Shown here piece by piece: positions 51,537-60,392 of a stretch of 64,000 nt of DNA (its first letter is position 1; every line of letters begins with the position of its first letter). Under the pieces are notes generated by a model, which saw only the letters and a list, made by a program, of their open reading frames with translations, did not search any database and had not been told where the DNA came from. This stretch comes from Spirochaetia bacterium (lineage in GTDB: Bacteria; Spirochaetota; Spirochaetia; UBA9216): contig OY776510.1 of assembly GCA_963675665.1 (NCBI GenBank), positions 768,001-832,000 of the forward strand. The letters run 5' to 3'. Both the position numbers and the translations under genes were made by a program.

Positions 51537-51852
51537 ATATTATTCTGCCTTTTTGCACAATATCAACTTTGTAAAAATAATCTTTCCGTTTATTTGAATC
51601 GGTAAACGGACCGGATAAAATATCAAAACCAATTTTATATTTAGAAACCAACTGCCTTAGTTTCAGTCTGGCGTCAATCCGATAGTCTCTTAGCCTTTTT
51701 GCGTCCAAACCATCCTTGAAAATAAACAGATCAATATCGCTGTCTTCATCCGGCTTTCCATAAGCATAACTTCCGAATAATACTATTTTATCAGGTTCAA
51801 GAGATTTCAGATTCTCAATAATTTCAGGTTTAATTTTCTCAATATCAATCAT
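51517..51852 (-). CDS. Minimal nucleotidyltransferase (MNT)
   Basis: IVLFGSYAYG.PDEDSDIDL; start re-assigned to MIDIEK. Confidence 0.88.
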   Translation of the reverse strand: MIDIEKIKPEIIENLKSLEPDKIVLFGSYAYGKPDEDSDIDLFIFKDGLDAKRLRDYRIDARLKLRQLVSKYKIGFDILSGPFTDSNKRKDYFYKVDIVQKGRIIYERSRS

Positions 51853-51896
51853 ATCTATTGTTATTATATCTCTCAAACTATGCAATTTAAAGCAGA

Positions 51897-51940
51897 AATC
51901 AAACAAACACATCCTGCAGAAACAGGACGCCGTCTTTCTT
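51897..51940. repeat. Direct repeat copy B (native MarR gene 3' end)
   Basis: AATCAAACAAACACATCCTGCAGAAACAGGaCGCCGTC.TT; encodes KDGVLFLQDVFV*. Confidence 0.9.
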
Positions 51941-52405
51941 TTCCGCAGCATCGGGAATATAGGTCTCTGCATACAGCATGAACGTTTTATCATTAATATC
52001 ATTGTCGCTTCGCACAAGTTTAAGGTTGTGCTGCATACAAAGATATTCGACAATAAAGTCCACATCGCTTGATCCTATCAGAACAAGACCGTTATAACCG
52101 CTTGTCTGAATCTGCAAAATCAGCTGCTCTATCTTGTCCTTATACTCGGCTACGTTTTTCAGTGTACGTTTAAAATAACGGTAACTGCGCCGCGTTATCT
52201 CTTCCATTCCCGCCGGCGTAACTGCATAACGAATATTCCGGTTGTTGACCTTTCTGATTGTAAGCCATCCCTTCTGAACCAGCCGTTTTAATACGGCATT
52301 AGTCATGCCGAGAGACATTCCGGAGTTGCGTGCAAGTTCTCTCTGGCTCAGGCTTGAAGAGTTATTATTAATGTTTGTGAGAATTTCTAGTTCTTTTTCG
52401 TTCAT
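51899..52405 (-). CDS. Winged-helix MarR-type regulator of the kind associated with EPS loci
   Basis: SQRELA...MSLG.TN..LKRL..KGW, Y.VTP.G. Confidence 0.8.
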   Translation of the reverse strand: MNEKELEILTNINNNSSSLSQRELARNSGMSLGMTNAVLKRLVQKGWLTIRKVNNRNIRYAVTPAGMEEITRRSYRYFKRTLKNVAEYKDKIEQLILQIQTSGYNGLVLIGSSDVDFIVEYLCMQHNLKLVRSDNDINDKTFMLYAETYIPDAAEKKDGVLFLQDVFV

Positions 52406-52611
52406 GGATTAGATTTTCAAAAATGCACAGCAGGGCCGGTCCGTCCAAATCATATTTTTTTGATACGGATTGCTTCAGTAAGGCATATCATATTGCCTCA
52501 GTCTGTCCGGATAATTCAGTTTGTGTTTCTCCGGACATCAGCCCAAAACCTGCACAGTCGCCGCCGAAACTGGCTGAAAGGCATAAGGATTGGTATAACC
52601 ATCAACTTTTG

Positions 52612-52628
52612 TGTTCGTTGCGTGAACA
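52612..52628. promoter_or_regulatory. Palindromic operator candidate 1, TGTTC-N7-GAACA
   Basis: TGTTCgttgcgtGAACA directly downstream of the -10 box. Confidence 0.55.
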
Positions 52629-52656
52629 ATTATATACCCAATACGGATTATTTCAA
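52629..52656 (-). promoter_or_regulatory. Sigma70-type promoter upstream of the MarR gene
   Basis: TTGAAA-N16-TATAAT on the minus strand. Confidence 0.65.
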
Positions 52657-52702
52657 GCGGATTAGATAAAATAGTGGCAAATTTATACTGTTTTTGCATG
52701 TT

Positions 52703-52723
52703 TTTGTTCGAATCTTGAACAAA
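52703..52723. promoter_or_regulatory. Palindromic operator candidate 2, TTTGTTC-N7-GAACAAA
   Basis: Same motif and spacing as the 52612 site. Confidence 0.55.
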
Positions 52724-52731
52724 CGAGAGCG

Positions 52732-53310
52732 TTATTTTCCTTCAGCAGATAAAAACAGCTCCTTAAGAGAAAGAACAAACCCGTCGAGCACACGGCTTTC
52801 AAGATTTTCATTAGTGGAAAGATGTTCCGGCTTAAGGAATTTATCGCCGGAACGGGTAAACTGCATTACTTCAGGCAGATCCGGATTAATTATCCAGTAT
52901 TCTCGTACTCCGTGTTTTTCATAAATAAGTCTTTTTTCCGTCTCGTCTTTATAGGCAGTTGATTCGGACAGTATTTCTACAACCAGATCCGGGGCGCCGT
53001 TGCAGCCTTTTTCATCTATCTTGTCTTTATCACAAACAACAAGCAGATCAGGCTGAACAACGGTTTCTTCATCAAGTTTAACATCAAAGGGCGCTGAAAA
53101 GGCCTCGCATTTTTTCCCTTTCAGAAAATCATAAATATGATTAAAAATAAATCCTGAAAGTCTTTGATGTGCTGTTTTCGGTGCCGGGCTCATGCTGTAC
53201 GCAACACCGTTAATAAGCTCCCACCGTTCGTTATTCGGCCAATTGAGATAATCCGAATAAGTGTACTTTTCGTTTTTCTTGGGGCTTGTGCCCGGGAGAT
53301 AATCAGCCAT
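52732..53310 (-). CDS. Uma2/DUF820 family endonuclease
   Basis: WELING..Y.MSPAP..HQ, VQPDL.V, GAPDLVVEILS.ST..KD, YE..GV.EYWI. Confidence 0.9.
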   Translation of the reverse strand: MADYLPGTSPKKNEKYTYSDYLNWPNNERWELINGVAYSMSPAPKTAHQRLSGFIFNHIYDFLKGKKCEAFSAPFDVKLDEETVVQPDLLVVCDKDKIDEKGCNGAPDLVVEILSESTAYKDETEKRLIYEKHGVREYWIINPDLPEVMQFTRSGDKFLKPEHLSTNENLESRVLDGFVLSLKELFLSAEGK

Positions 53311-53340
53311 ATGAATATTATAACTGTAAATTACGGTATT

Positions 53341-53701
53341 TTACAACACAAAGCGCCGCCATTCCGCCCGGGCCCCCTGAAAATTGATTAAATAACCCAA
53401 TCTATACCCGCTAATATGAAGATAATTTAGAAGTTGTGCTTCATGTGCAGAATTGAAAGCCTTAACTGATTTGAGCTCAAGAATTACCTTGTTTTCAACT
53501 GTTAAATCTGCGTAGTATTCACCAACCTGTTCTTTTTTATAGAACACATTAAACGGCGCATTATAAGTAACTGAAAGCCCCAGAGTTTTAAGCTCATAAA
53601 ATAACGCATTATGATAACACTGTTCAAGAAGGCCATCCTAAAGATTTATGCACCTTTATAACCGCATCGATAATCTGTTTTGAAATTGCCGGATACAACA
53701 T
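53341..53701 (-). pseudogene. GxxExxY protein, frameshifted near 53635
   Basis: MLYPAISKQII...VHKSLG / GLLEQCY...YADL.VE.KVILELK...HEAQLLNYL...G.LINF; AGGAGG RBS. Confidence 0.8.
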
Positions 53702-53958
53702 ACCCTCACCTCCTGTTTTTAGTTTACAGGAAACCTGAAAACGACGAAGACTCAAGGCTTTGAAAATGAGAAACATTTTCAAACTTGCTTCAGCCTTGAA
53801 TCTGAGGAGTGAAAGGTAAAATTAAAAAGACAGGAGAAAAAATATAAACTTCTGTCGTGTTTAATCATTTTGTCCATAAAGCATATTTACGGCTATATTT
53901 GAAAATCATCATTTTTTAATTAAAACAGTCGTGGCTATATAAATATCATGAATTTAAA

Positions 53959-55770
53959 TCACCAGGCCTTGAAAATAACGCCTTTTTCCTGAAGCTTCTG
54001 TATCACTATCTCGCAGGCTTCGGACGCCGCCTGGCCATCCGTGAAATAATAATCATAGTTGATATCCGTGGTAACTTCCCGTCCGACCCAGAGCGTTTCG
54101 ATATTCTCGGGATCAACTACAGTTTTTATAATTTCCAGTTCTTCCTGGTTTAAATCTATCGCTGTTACTATCAGGATCAGGCCCGTGTCCATCAACAGAT
54201 ATGAAACCTCGGCAAGGCGCCTTATATGTTCGCGTCTTGTTTCCCCGTTTCCTCCGGCGTTCTTGATATCGGCATCAACGCCGTACAGCACATTTCCGAT
54301 TCCAAGAAAATATACATACTTGCCGTTATTAAACAACTGTTCTTCCAGCTGCTTTGCAATCGTCTTTTTTCCGGTGTCTTTGCCGCCTGTAATGATAATC
54401 AGGTGCTGCTTCTGGTTATACCTGCCGGCACGATCCGATGGGTTTATAAAACTTTTTTCCCACTTGAAATTACGCAGCATTACCTTGTCGCGAATTTCAG
54501 CGCTGCTGTCGGGAAGGTCTTCACGTATAATGCCGCCCCCGGCTATTTCGTATTCATCAACTATTACAAAGCGGCCGGTTCCTTCAAATTCCGAGGCCAG
54601 ATCAAAAGCCGCCGGACTTTTGAGTTTCAGAATACATTCCGCCACATCGTTACGGTTTATCTGTTTCGGTTTCTCATTTACACCGAGATTCGAGGCGTCG
54701 ATAACAACGGAAATTTCTTCAACACGGGCCGGAATTTTAAGCGTTCCGCACTTAAACAGGTATTCACGATCGGTTGTCAACGGTTTTCGGCCGAGCCAGA
54801 AAAGATTCACCCTGAGCCTGCTTGATACCCGTGGCGCCTGCTCATCGGCCTTTACGGCGATCTCTCCCCGGCGGATATAAATCTGTTCTTCAAGCGTGAA
54901 CGCAACGGCCTGACCTTCACTGACATGCGATCTTTCTTCGGAAACATTGAACTCCTCAAAGCTGCCGACCCGGCTTCGTTTACCCGAAGGATAAAAAACA
55001 ACCTCGTCGCCCAAACTGAGACGGCCGGTTTCAACCGTTCCCGCAACAACGCGGCGGCTATCGCCGAAACCGGTAAATTTATAGATATCCTGAACAGGCA
55101 TTCTGAACGGTTTGCCTGATTTTTCAGCTTCCTTTTTAAAACCGTCGAGAGATTCAAGCACGGTCGCGCCGTTGTACCAGCCCATATTACCGCCGAGTGA
55201 TGCTACCGAATCTCCCTTCATCCCGCTCACCGGGATAAAATCAGCAGCCTCTGCGCCCATTTCAGACAGAAAACTGCTGTATTCTTTCCTGATCTGACGG
55301 AACACGGCTTCGTCATACCCGACAAGGTCCATCTTGTTTACCAGAACTACAATCTGTTTTATGCCCAGCATCGAAATCATGTAGCCGTGACGGCGGGAAT
55401 TTTCCTGTACACCCTCATCTGCATCAATAACAAGAAGCGCGCATTCGGCCCGGCTGGCGCCGGTTACCATGTTTTTCAGGAACTCAATGTGACCGGGAGC
55501 ATCAATAATAATGTAATCCCGTTTCGCCGTTTTAAAAAAAACCCTGGCTGCATCGATAGTGATACCCTGCGCCTGTTCGTCTTTCAGCGCGTCAAGCAGA
55601 AAAGCATACTCAAACGGCTTTGAATTGCGTTCGCAGTTAGCCCGCACAGCCTCAAGTTTTCCGTTCGGAAGGCTGTTTGTATCTGCCAGCAGTCGCCCTA
55701 TTACGGTGCTTTTGCCGTGATCAACATGACCGGCTATTACAATATTCATCTGTTGTCGCAGCTCTTTCAT
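53959..55770 (-). CDS. cysN: Sulfate adenylyltransferase large subunit with C-terminal APS-kinase-like domain
   Basis: [31 protein letters not shown]; C-terminal TGG..TGKKT. Confidence 0.88.
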   Translation of the reverse strand: MKELRQQMNIVIAGHVDHGKSTVIGRLLADTNSLPNGKLEAVRANCERNSKPFEYAFLLDALKDEQAQGITIDAARVFFKTAKRDYIIIDAPGHIEFLKNMVTGASRAECALLVIDADEGVQENSRRHGYMISMLGIKQIVVLVNKMDLVGYDEAVFRQIRKEYSSFLSEMGAEAADFIPVSGMKGDSVASLGGNMGWYNGATVLESLDGFKKEAEKSGKPFRMPVQDIYKFTGFGDSRRVVAGTVETGRLSLGDEVVFYPSGKRSRVGSFEEFNVSEERSHVSEGQAVAFTLEEQIYIRRGEIAVKADEQAPRVSSRLRVNLFWLGRKPLTTDREYLFKCGTLKIPARVEEISVVIDASNLGVNEKPKQINRNDVAECILKLKSPAAFDLASEFEGTGRFVIVDEYEIAGGGIIREDLPDSSAEIRDKVMLRNFKWEKSFINPSDRAGRYNQKQHLIIITGGKDTGKKTIAKQLEEQLFNNGKYVYFLGIGNVLYGVDADIKNAGGNGETRREHIRRLAEVSYLLMDTGLILIVTAIDLNQEELEIIKTVVDPENIETLWVGREVTTDINYDYYFTDGQAASEACEIVIQKLQEKGVIFKAW

Positions 55771-56651
55771 TACATGTAACCCCCGCGGCGCAGCGTCTCA
55801 AGGCCTCCGCCGTCTTCCTTGTCCTGCTCACGGCCGGATCTCTCCGCAATATTGGTCAATTTGCCTGTCGACAATTCCTCTATTATTTCATCTACATTAC
55901 GTGCTTCGCTCTCTATCGGCGAGGTACAGGGCCAGCAGCCTAGACTGCGGTACCGTTTTCCGTCGCCCTGGTTGTAATACAGAGAGACAGTAGGAATGTT
56001 TTCCCTTTTTATGTATTCCCAGATATTCAACTCCGTCCAGTCGAGAAGAGGATGAACACGTACATGAGTGCCCGGAGCAAAGTCCGTTTTAAACTGGTTC
56101 CAGAACTCCGGAGGCTGATCTCCGACATCCCATTCGTTTTGTTCGTCGCGCGGCGAAAAATAACGTTCCTTGCTTCGGGACCCTTCTTCGTCGGCGCGGG
56201 CGCCTACTATTACCCCGGTGTAAGCTTCGGTATTTGAGTCCGTCTCATAAGCGCCCCTGTCGTGGTTCATCCTGAACCGTCTTCCGGTCCCGTCAAGTGT
56301 GCGTCGGAGAGCTTCCGTTTTTAACAGGGAACAGCATGTTACACGGTCGACGTTGCCGTCGGGAAAAGTCCTCTTTTCCTCAAGGGCAAGACTGTTTTCT
56401 CCGTAAACCATGTTAAGACCCCATTCCAGGGCCAGCCTGTCGCGGTATTCGATCATCTCGGGAATTTTGTAATGCGTATCAATATGAACCAGCGGAAAGG
56501 GCACATGCCCGAGAAACGCCTTGCGTGCTAGCCAGAGAAGCACTGTGCTGTCCTTCCCGATTGACCAGAGCATTGCGAGATTTTTAAAATTTGCATAGGA
56601 TTCGCGCAGAATATATATACTCGTCTGTTCAAGATGCTCAAGATAATCCAA
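55770..56651 (-). CDS. cysD: Sulfate adenylyltransferase small subunit
   Basis: [38 protein letters not shown]; TTG start after AAGGAG. Confidence 0.92.
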   Translation of the reverse strand: MDYLEHLEQTSIYILRESYANFKNLAMLWSIGKDSTVLLWLARKAFLGHVPFPLVHIDTHYKIPEMIEYRDRLALEWGLNMVYGENSLALEEKRTFPDGNVDRVTCCSLLKTEALRRTLDGTGRRFRMNHDRGAYETDSNTEAYTGVIVGARADEEGSRSKERYFSPRDEQNEWDVGDQPPEFWNQFKTDFAPGTHVRVHPLLDWTELNIWEYIKRENIPTVSLYYNQGDGKRYRSLGCWPCTSPIESEARNVDEIIEELSTGKLTNIAERSGREQDKEDGGGLETLRRGGYM

Positions 56652-56703
56652 TACCTTCTCCTTCCGTATCAACGTCCCGCATGAACACGGGCCGGGATTT
56701 AAA

Positions 56704-57297
56704 TTACATGGAAATATTTTTAATTACTTCATTAAAAACCAGTTCCACAGCCTCATCGACCGAAGTCAGAGACGTATCAATGGTTATTTCGGGCTCCTCG
56801 GGCGGTTCGTAAGGGGCGGATATTCCCGTAAACTCCTCAATCCCGCCTGCTCGCGCTTTTTTATAAAGGCCTTTGGGATCTCTTGATTCCGCTGTTTCGA
56901 GCGGACAGGAAATATAAACTTCAAAAAATCTGCCGTCAGGAACCTTTTTTCTTGCTGCCGCACGATCGCTTCGATAGGGAGAAATGAAAGCCGTAATTAC
57001 TGCAAGACCTGCGTCTGCAAATAAAGCTGCTGCTTCTCCTATCCTTCGAATGTTCTCGGCCCGGGCTTCAGGCGAAAAACCCAGGTCCGAGTTCAGCCCG
57101 CAACGTATATTGTCCCCGTCGAGAACATAGGTATGAATACCGGCCCTGTTCAGCCTGAGATCAAGCGCGTGGGCTATCGTTGATTTTCCCGAGCCGGAGA
57201 GACCGGTAAACCAAAGAACAAGGCCCTTGTGTCCGTTCAGTTTTTCCCGCATCTCTGCAGTAACGCTGAAATGGTGCGGAATAATATTTTTACCCAT
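56704..57297 (-). CDS. cysC: Adenylyl-sulfate kinase
   Basis: [41 protein letters not shown]. Confidence 0.95.
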   Translation of the reverse strand: MGKNIIPHHFSVTAEMREKLNGHKGLVLWFTGLSGSGKSTIAHALDLRLNRAGIHTYVLDGDNIRCGLNSDLGFSPEARAENIRRIGEAAALFADAGLAVITAFISPYRSDRAAARKKVPDGRFFEVYISCPLETAESRDPKGLYKKARAGGIEEFTGISAPYEPPEEPEITIDTSLTSVDEAVELVFNEVIKNISM

Positions 57298-57381
57298 AAA
57301 ATAATCCTGTAAGCAGGATTATAACAAAGATGAAAAATATTCAACAGGTGTTTTATAAATTTCTGTTTAATAATCTCAACC

Positions 57382-57410
57382 TTGAAAAAAAGGTTTTTTT
57401 CGGACATATT
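57382..57410 (+). promoter_or_regulatory. Sigma70-type promoter, probably giving a leaderless mRNA
   Basis: TTGAAA-N17-CATATT-N6-ATG, no SD. Confidence 0.55.
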
Positions 57411-57416
57411 TAAGCA

Positions 57417-58397
57417 ATGGATAAACTGCAGGTATACGGAATCGGAAACGTTCTTATTGATATTGTATCGGGGGCAGCGGACGAAGACCTTGCCCGGTTA
57501 GGGCTTGATAAGGGAATCATGAAGCTTGTTGAGGGAAAGGAGCGCGACCGCATTGTTGAGTTCATCAGCAGCCGAAACAGCGAATACCATTGCGGCGGCT
57601 CCGCGCCGAATACGATTATATCCCTTGCACAGCTCGGTATTAAAACTGCTCTTTCCGGAAAGATCGGCCGGGATGATTTCGGCGACCGCTATGAGAAACA
57701 GCTGGCTGAACATGGTGTACAGTCCTTTCTTGTCAGGGCCGACGGCAATACCGGGTCCAGCATTATTCTTGTCAGTCCCGATTCGGAACGAACCATGAAT
57801 ACAAGCCTTGAAAACAATCAGAAATACAATAAAGACGATGTTCAGGAGGATGCCGTACGCAATGCCCGGTACCTTTATTTTACCGGGTATATGTGGGACA
57901 CGGACAGCCAGAAGAAAGCCCTTCTTAAAGCAATTGCAATAGCGGAAGAAGCCGGCACAAAGATTGTTTTTGACGCTGCCGACCCCTTTGCCGTAAAGCG
58001 CAGCGCTGGCGAATTCTGCAGGCTGATAGAAAAACACTTCGATATTGTTCTTGCAAACGCTGAAGAGGCGCGCCTGATGTTCGGCAGCGGGGATTTAACA
58101 TTCTGCACCGAAAAGCTCGCCTCTATCTGTGATATTGCTGTTGTGAAGAACGGTTCTGCCGGATCGATGGTGAAATCCGGCGGGAATTCGTTTGATATCC
58201 CCGTATACAAGGCCAATGCCGTAGACACTACCGGCGCCGGAGACATATACGCAGCGGGCTTTCTTTACGGCCTTTGCAGCGGAAAAACCCTGGCGGAAAG
58301 CGGAAACATTGCCTCAAAACTTGCCGCCGGCATTGTTGAACAGACAGGCGCCCAGTTTTCCGCTGAAAAGATAGAAGAAATCAGAAAAAGGCTCTGA
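57417..58397 (+). CDS. PfkB family (adenosine/inosine-kinase-like) kinase
   Basis: GIGN.L.D, GGSA.NT, ERTM, AN..EA, VDTTGAGD.YAAGF. Confidence 0.88.
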   Translation: MDKLQVYGIGNVLIDIVSGAADEDLARLGLDKGIMKLVEGKERDRIVEFISSRNSEYHCGGSAPNTIISLAQLGIKTALSGKIGRDDFGDRYEKQLAEHGVQSFLVRADGNTGSSIILVSPDSERTMNTSLENNQKYNKDDVQEDAVRNARYLYFTGYMWDTDSQKKALLKAIAIAEEAGTKIVFDAADPFAVKRSAGEFCRLIEKHFDIVLANAEEARLMFGSGDLTFCTEKLASICDIAVVKNGSAGSMVKSGGNSFDIPVYKANAVDTTGAGDIYAAGFLYGLCSGKTLAESGNIASKLAAGIVEQTGAQFSAEKIEEIRKRL

Positions 58398-58401
58398 AGT
58401 A

Positions 58402-60300
58402 ATCGAGTAGGCAGAAATCAATAAATTTCTGCCTCTCACACCACCGTACGTACCGTTCGGTATACGGCGGTTCAACCAAATAGACTGTGGTACCTCAAAT
58501 CAAGTACCACCCGATCAGCCTCCATGCGTTTCGTATGGAGTTTCTTGTAGAAATCCAGAGCATCTAACAACCCAAAGTGATTATGAATTATATCGTTCTT
58601 CAACAGAGGATTCATAACACCGGCCATTTTCCAATAAGAGTTGCTTCCAAGTTTCCAATGGCTCAGAACAGAATCACTAACGCCTAATTGTCTCAAACGA
58701 TGTTTTCTATTCCTTCCGGTTTTCCACTGTTTCCAAAGATATTGGCGAATGCGTCTTCTTGTCCACTCCACCAACCTTTCGAGGTAGTTTTTCATGGAGC
58801 TTCTTGCGAAGTATCCTATCCATCCTCTGAACATGCTGTTAAGCTCTTTAATAACCGTTTCAATCTTTACTCCTCTGTTACGTCGGGTAATTAGTCTGAT
58901 ACGGTCTTCGAGCTTCTTAAGTTTCTTCTTTTGAGGATAGACTATTCCTAATATTTCCTGTTTCCCGTAGGTCAAGAAGGTGAATCCGAGGAAGGAAGAG
59001 CCCGCGGCTTTTCGCGCCTCTGTCTTTTCCATATTCACTTTAAGTTTTAATTTTCGCTCAAGATAGCTTTTCACACTATCTCTCACCCGGTAAGAAGACC
59101 TCTTGCTCTTTGTGAAGATGTTACAGTCATCTGCGTACCTGACAAAACGTAATCCCCGCTTTTCCAATTCCTTGTCATACGGGGTTAGATAAATATTTGA
59201 CAGTAGTGGAGACAGCGGTCCCCCCTGAGGTGTTCCCAAGGCTGTGGCCATCATACTTCCATCCGTCATCACTCCGCTTTTTAAGAATACGTAGATGAGC
59301 CTCCTGATGTCCTTATCGTCCATGTGTTTGTCTATCAAACTCATTAGGATGTCATGGTTTACAGTGTCGAAGAACTTGGATAAATCCAAATCAACTACAT
59401 GGGTGTATCCTTCGGACATGTAGGTCTGGGCGAGTCGAACCGCATCTTCTGCGCTTCTGTTCGGTCGAAACCCAAAACTAAAGTCGCTGAAAGTCGGTTC
59501 AAACACCGGAGTTAAAACCTGAACCATAGCCTGTTGGATTACACGGTCTATTACCGTGGGGATCCCCAGAAGTCGTACGCCCCCGTTGTCTTTTGGTATT
59601 TCTACTCGCAGTACTGGTTTTGGTTTGTACTTCCTGCTCAAAATCTGCCTGCATATTTCAGGATAGTTCGCCTCGAAGTATTTCGGGAGTTCTTCTACTC
59701 CCATTCCATCCACTCCACAGGCACCTTTATTTGCCATCACCTTTCTGACAGCTTCCTGAATATTTGCAGGGGAAATCAGTTGTTCGCATAGATTGGTATT
59801 CGGTATTAACTTGTCGTCCTTTCTCATGTGTTCCTTTCTACTCTGAATTATCCCCTGTGAAGACTTTTTTTTTCGTCGTTCGGATTATCAGGTAGGCCTT
59901 TCCGCTTTGAAAGGTATTTGATTGTTCAGCCCTTCATGATGTTTCCTCATCACTACTATGGCTTCTGCTGACTTCTCATGGCAAGCTTTACTCCGTCTAT
60001 AATAAGCGATATTGCAGCCTAAGACGTCCATGAGACCTCCCCCGTTAAGGATAATGACTTTCCTTCCATGTAACCGCCACATTTACTTCATCAGTTGTAG
60101 TGCGGATTTCGTCACTTTTAGCAAACTCGTCCACTGATAAAGCCTTATATGTGATTTCTGTTCGTCGGTTCGGAAATTTGCCTCATGCTTCCTTCAGACC
60201 CAGCCTCACGACTACGCCCTTGCTGTCAGCTAACAGTTTCTTTAACACTACCACCTGTAACGGACTCTCACCGTCAAGTCATTACCCATGCAGGGCAAAC
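58402..60300 (-). mobile_element. Group II intron, class IIC, full length (about 1.9 kb)
   Basis: 5' GTTTGCCCTGCATGG; D5 GAACCGCCGTATACCGAACGGTACGTACGGTGGT (CGC triad); D6 ending CTACTCGAT; directly behind an intrinsic terminator. Confidence 0.9.
58472..59827 (-). CDS. ltrA: Group II intron reverse transcriptase/maturase, no endonuclease domain
   Basis: NKGA.GVDG, R.LGIPT..DR..QQA, SFGFRP, DL.KFFD, GTPQGGPLSP, RYADD, domain X RGW..YF. Confidence 0.95.
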   Translation of the reverse strand: MRKDDKLIPNTNLCEQLISPANIQEAVRKVMANKGACGVDGMGVEELPKYFEANYPEICRQILSRKYKPKPVLRVEIPKDNGGVRLLGIPTVIDRVIQQAMVQVLTPVFEPTFSDFSFGFRPNRSAEDAVRLAQTYMSEGYTHVVDLDLSKFFDTVNHDILMSLIDKHMDDKDIRRLIYVFLKSGVMTDGSMMATALGTPQGGPLSPLLSNIYLTPYDKELEKRGLRFVRYADDCNIFTKSKRSSYRVRDSVKSYLERKLKLKVNMEKTEARKAAGSSFLGFTFLTYGKQEILGIVYPQKKKLKKLEDRIRLITRRNRGVKIETVIKELNSMFRGWIGYFARSSMKNYLERLVEWTRRRIRQYLWKQWKTGRNRKHRLRQLGVSDSVLSHWKLGSNSYWKMAGVMNPLLKNDIIHNHFGLLDALDFYKKLHTKRMEADRVVLDLRYHSLFG

Positions 60301-60301
60301 T

Positions 60302-60336
60302 AAAAAAACCGCCGTAAGCCCTGGCTTGCGGCGGTT
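60302..60336 (-). terminator. Intrinsic terminator of aspS (intron target)
   Basis: AACCGCCGCAAGCC-AG-GGCTTACGGCGGTT-TTTTT on the minus strand. Confidence 0.85.
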
Positions 60337-60392
60337 GAAATCATACGAAAGTATTTTGTTTTTTCTGTAAACTGCTGTCTTTAGAAATACCC

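Noticed and set aside
51853-52065. N-terminal extension of the 182-aa ORF overlapping the MarR gene
   Set aside because: The MNT domain starts at MIDIEK (51852) behind its own TATAAT; the extension is an alternate frame of the regulator
53752-53799. Inverted repeat TTTGAAAATG-AGAAA-CATTTTCAAA upstream of the GxxExxY gene
   Set aside because: Single AT-rich palindrome; cannot tell operator, terminator or chance apart
58472-59827. RT as retron, DGR or CRISPR-associated RT
   Set aside because: Domain X, D5/D6 and terminator-adjacent insertion identify a group II intron; no TR/VR pair, msr-msd or cas genes seen
59888-60370. Small ORFs at 59888, 60100 and 60185
   Set aside because: They lie in intron ribozyme domains I-III or the terminator; non-coding
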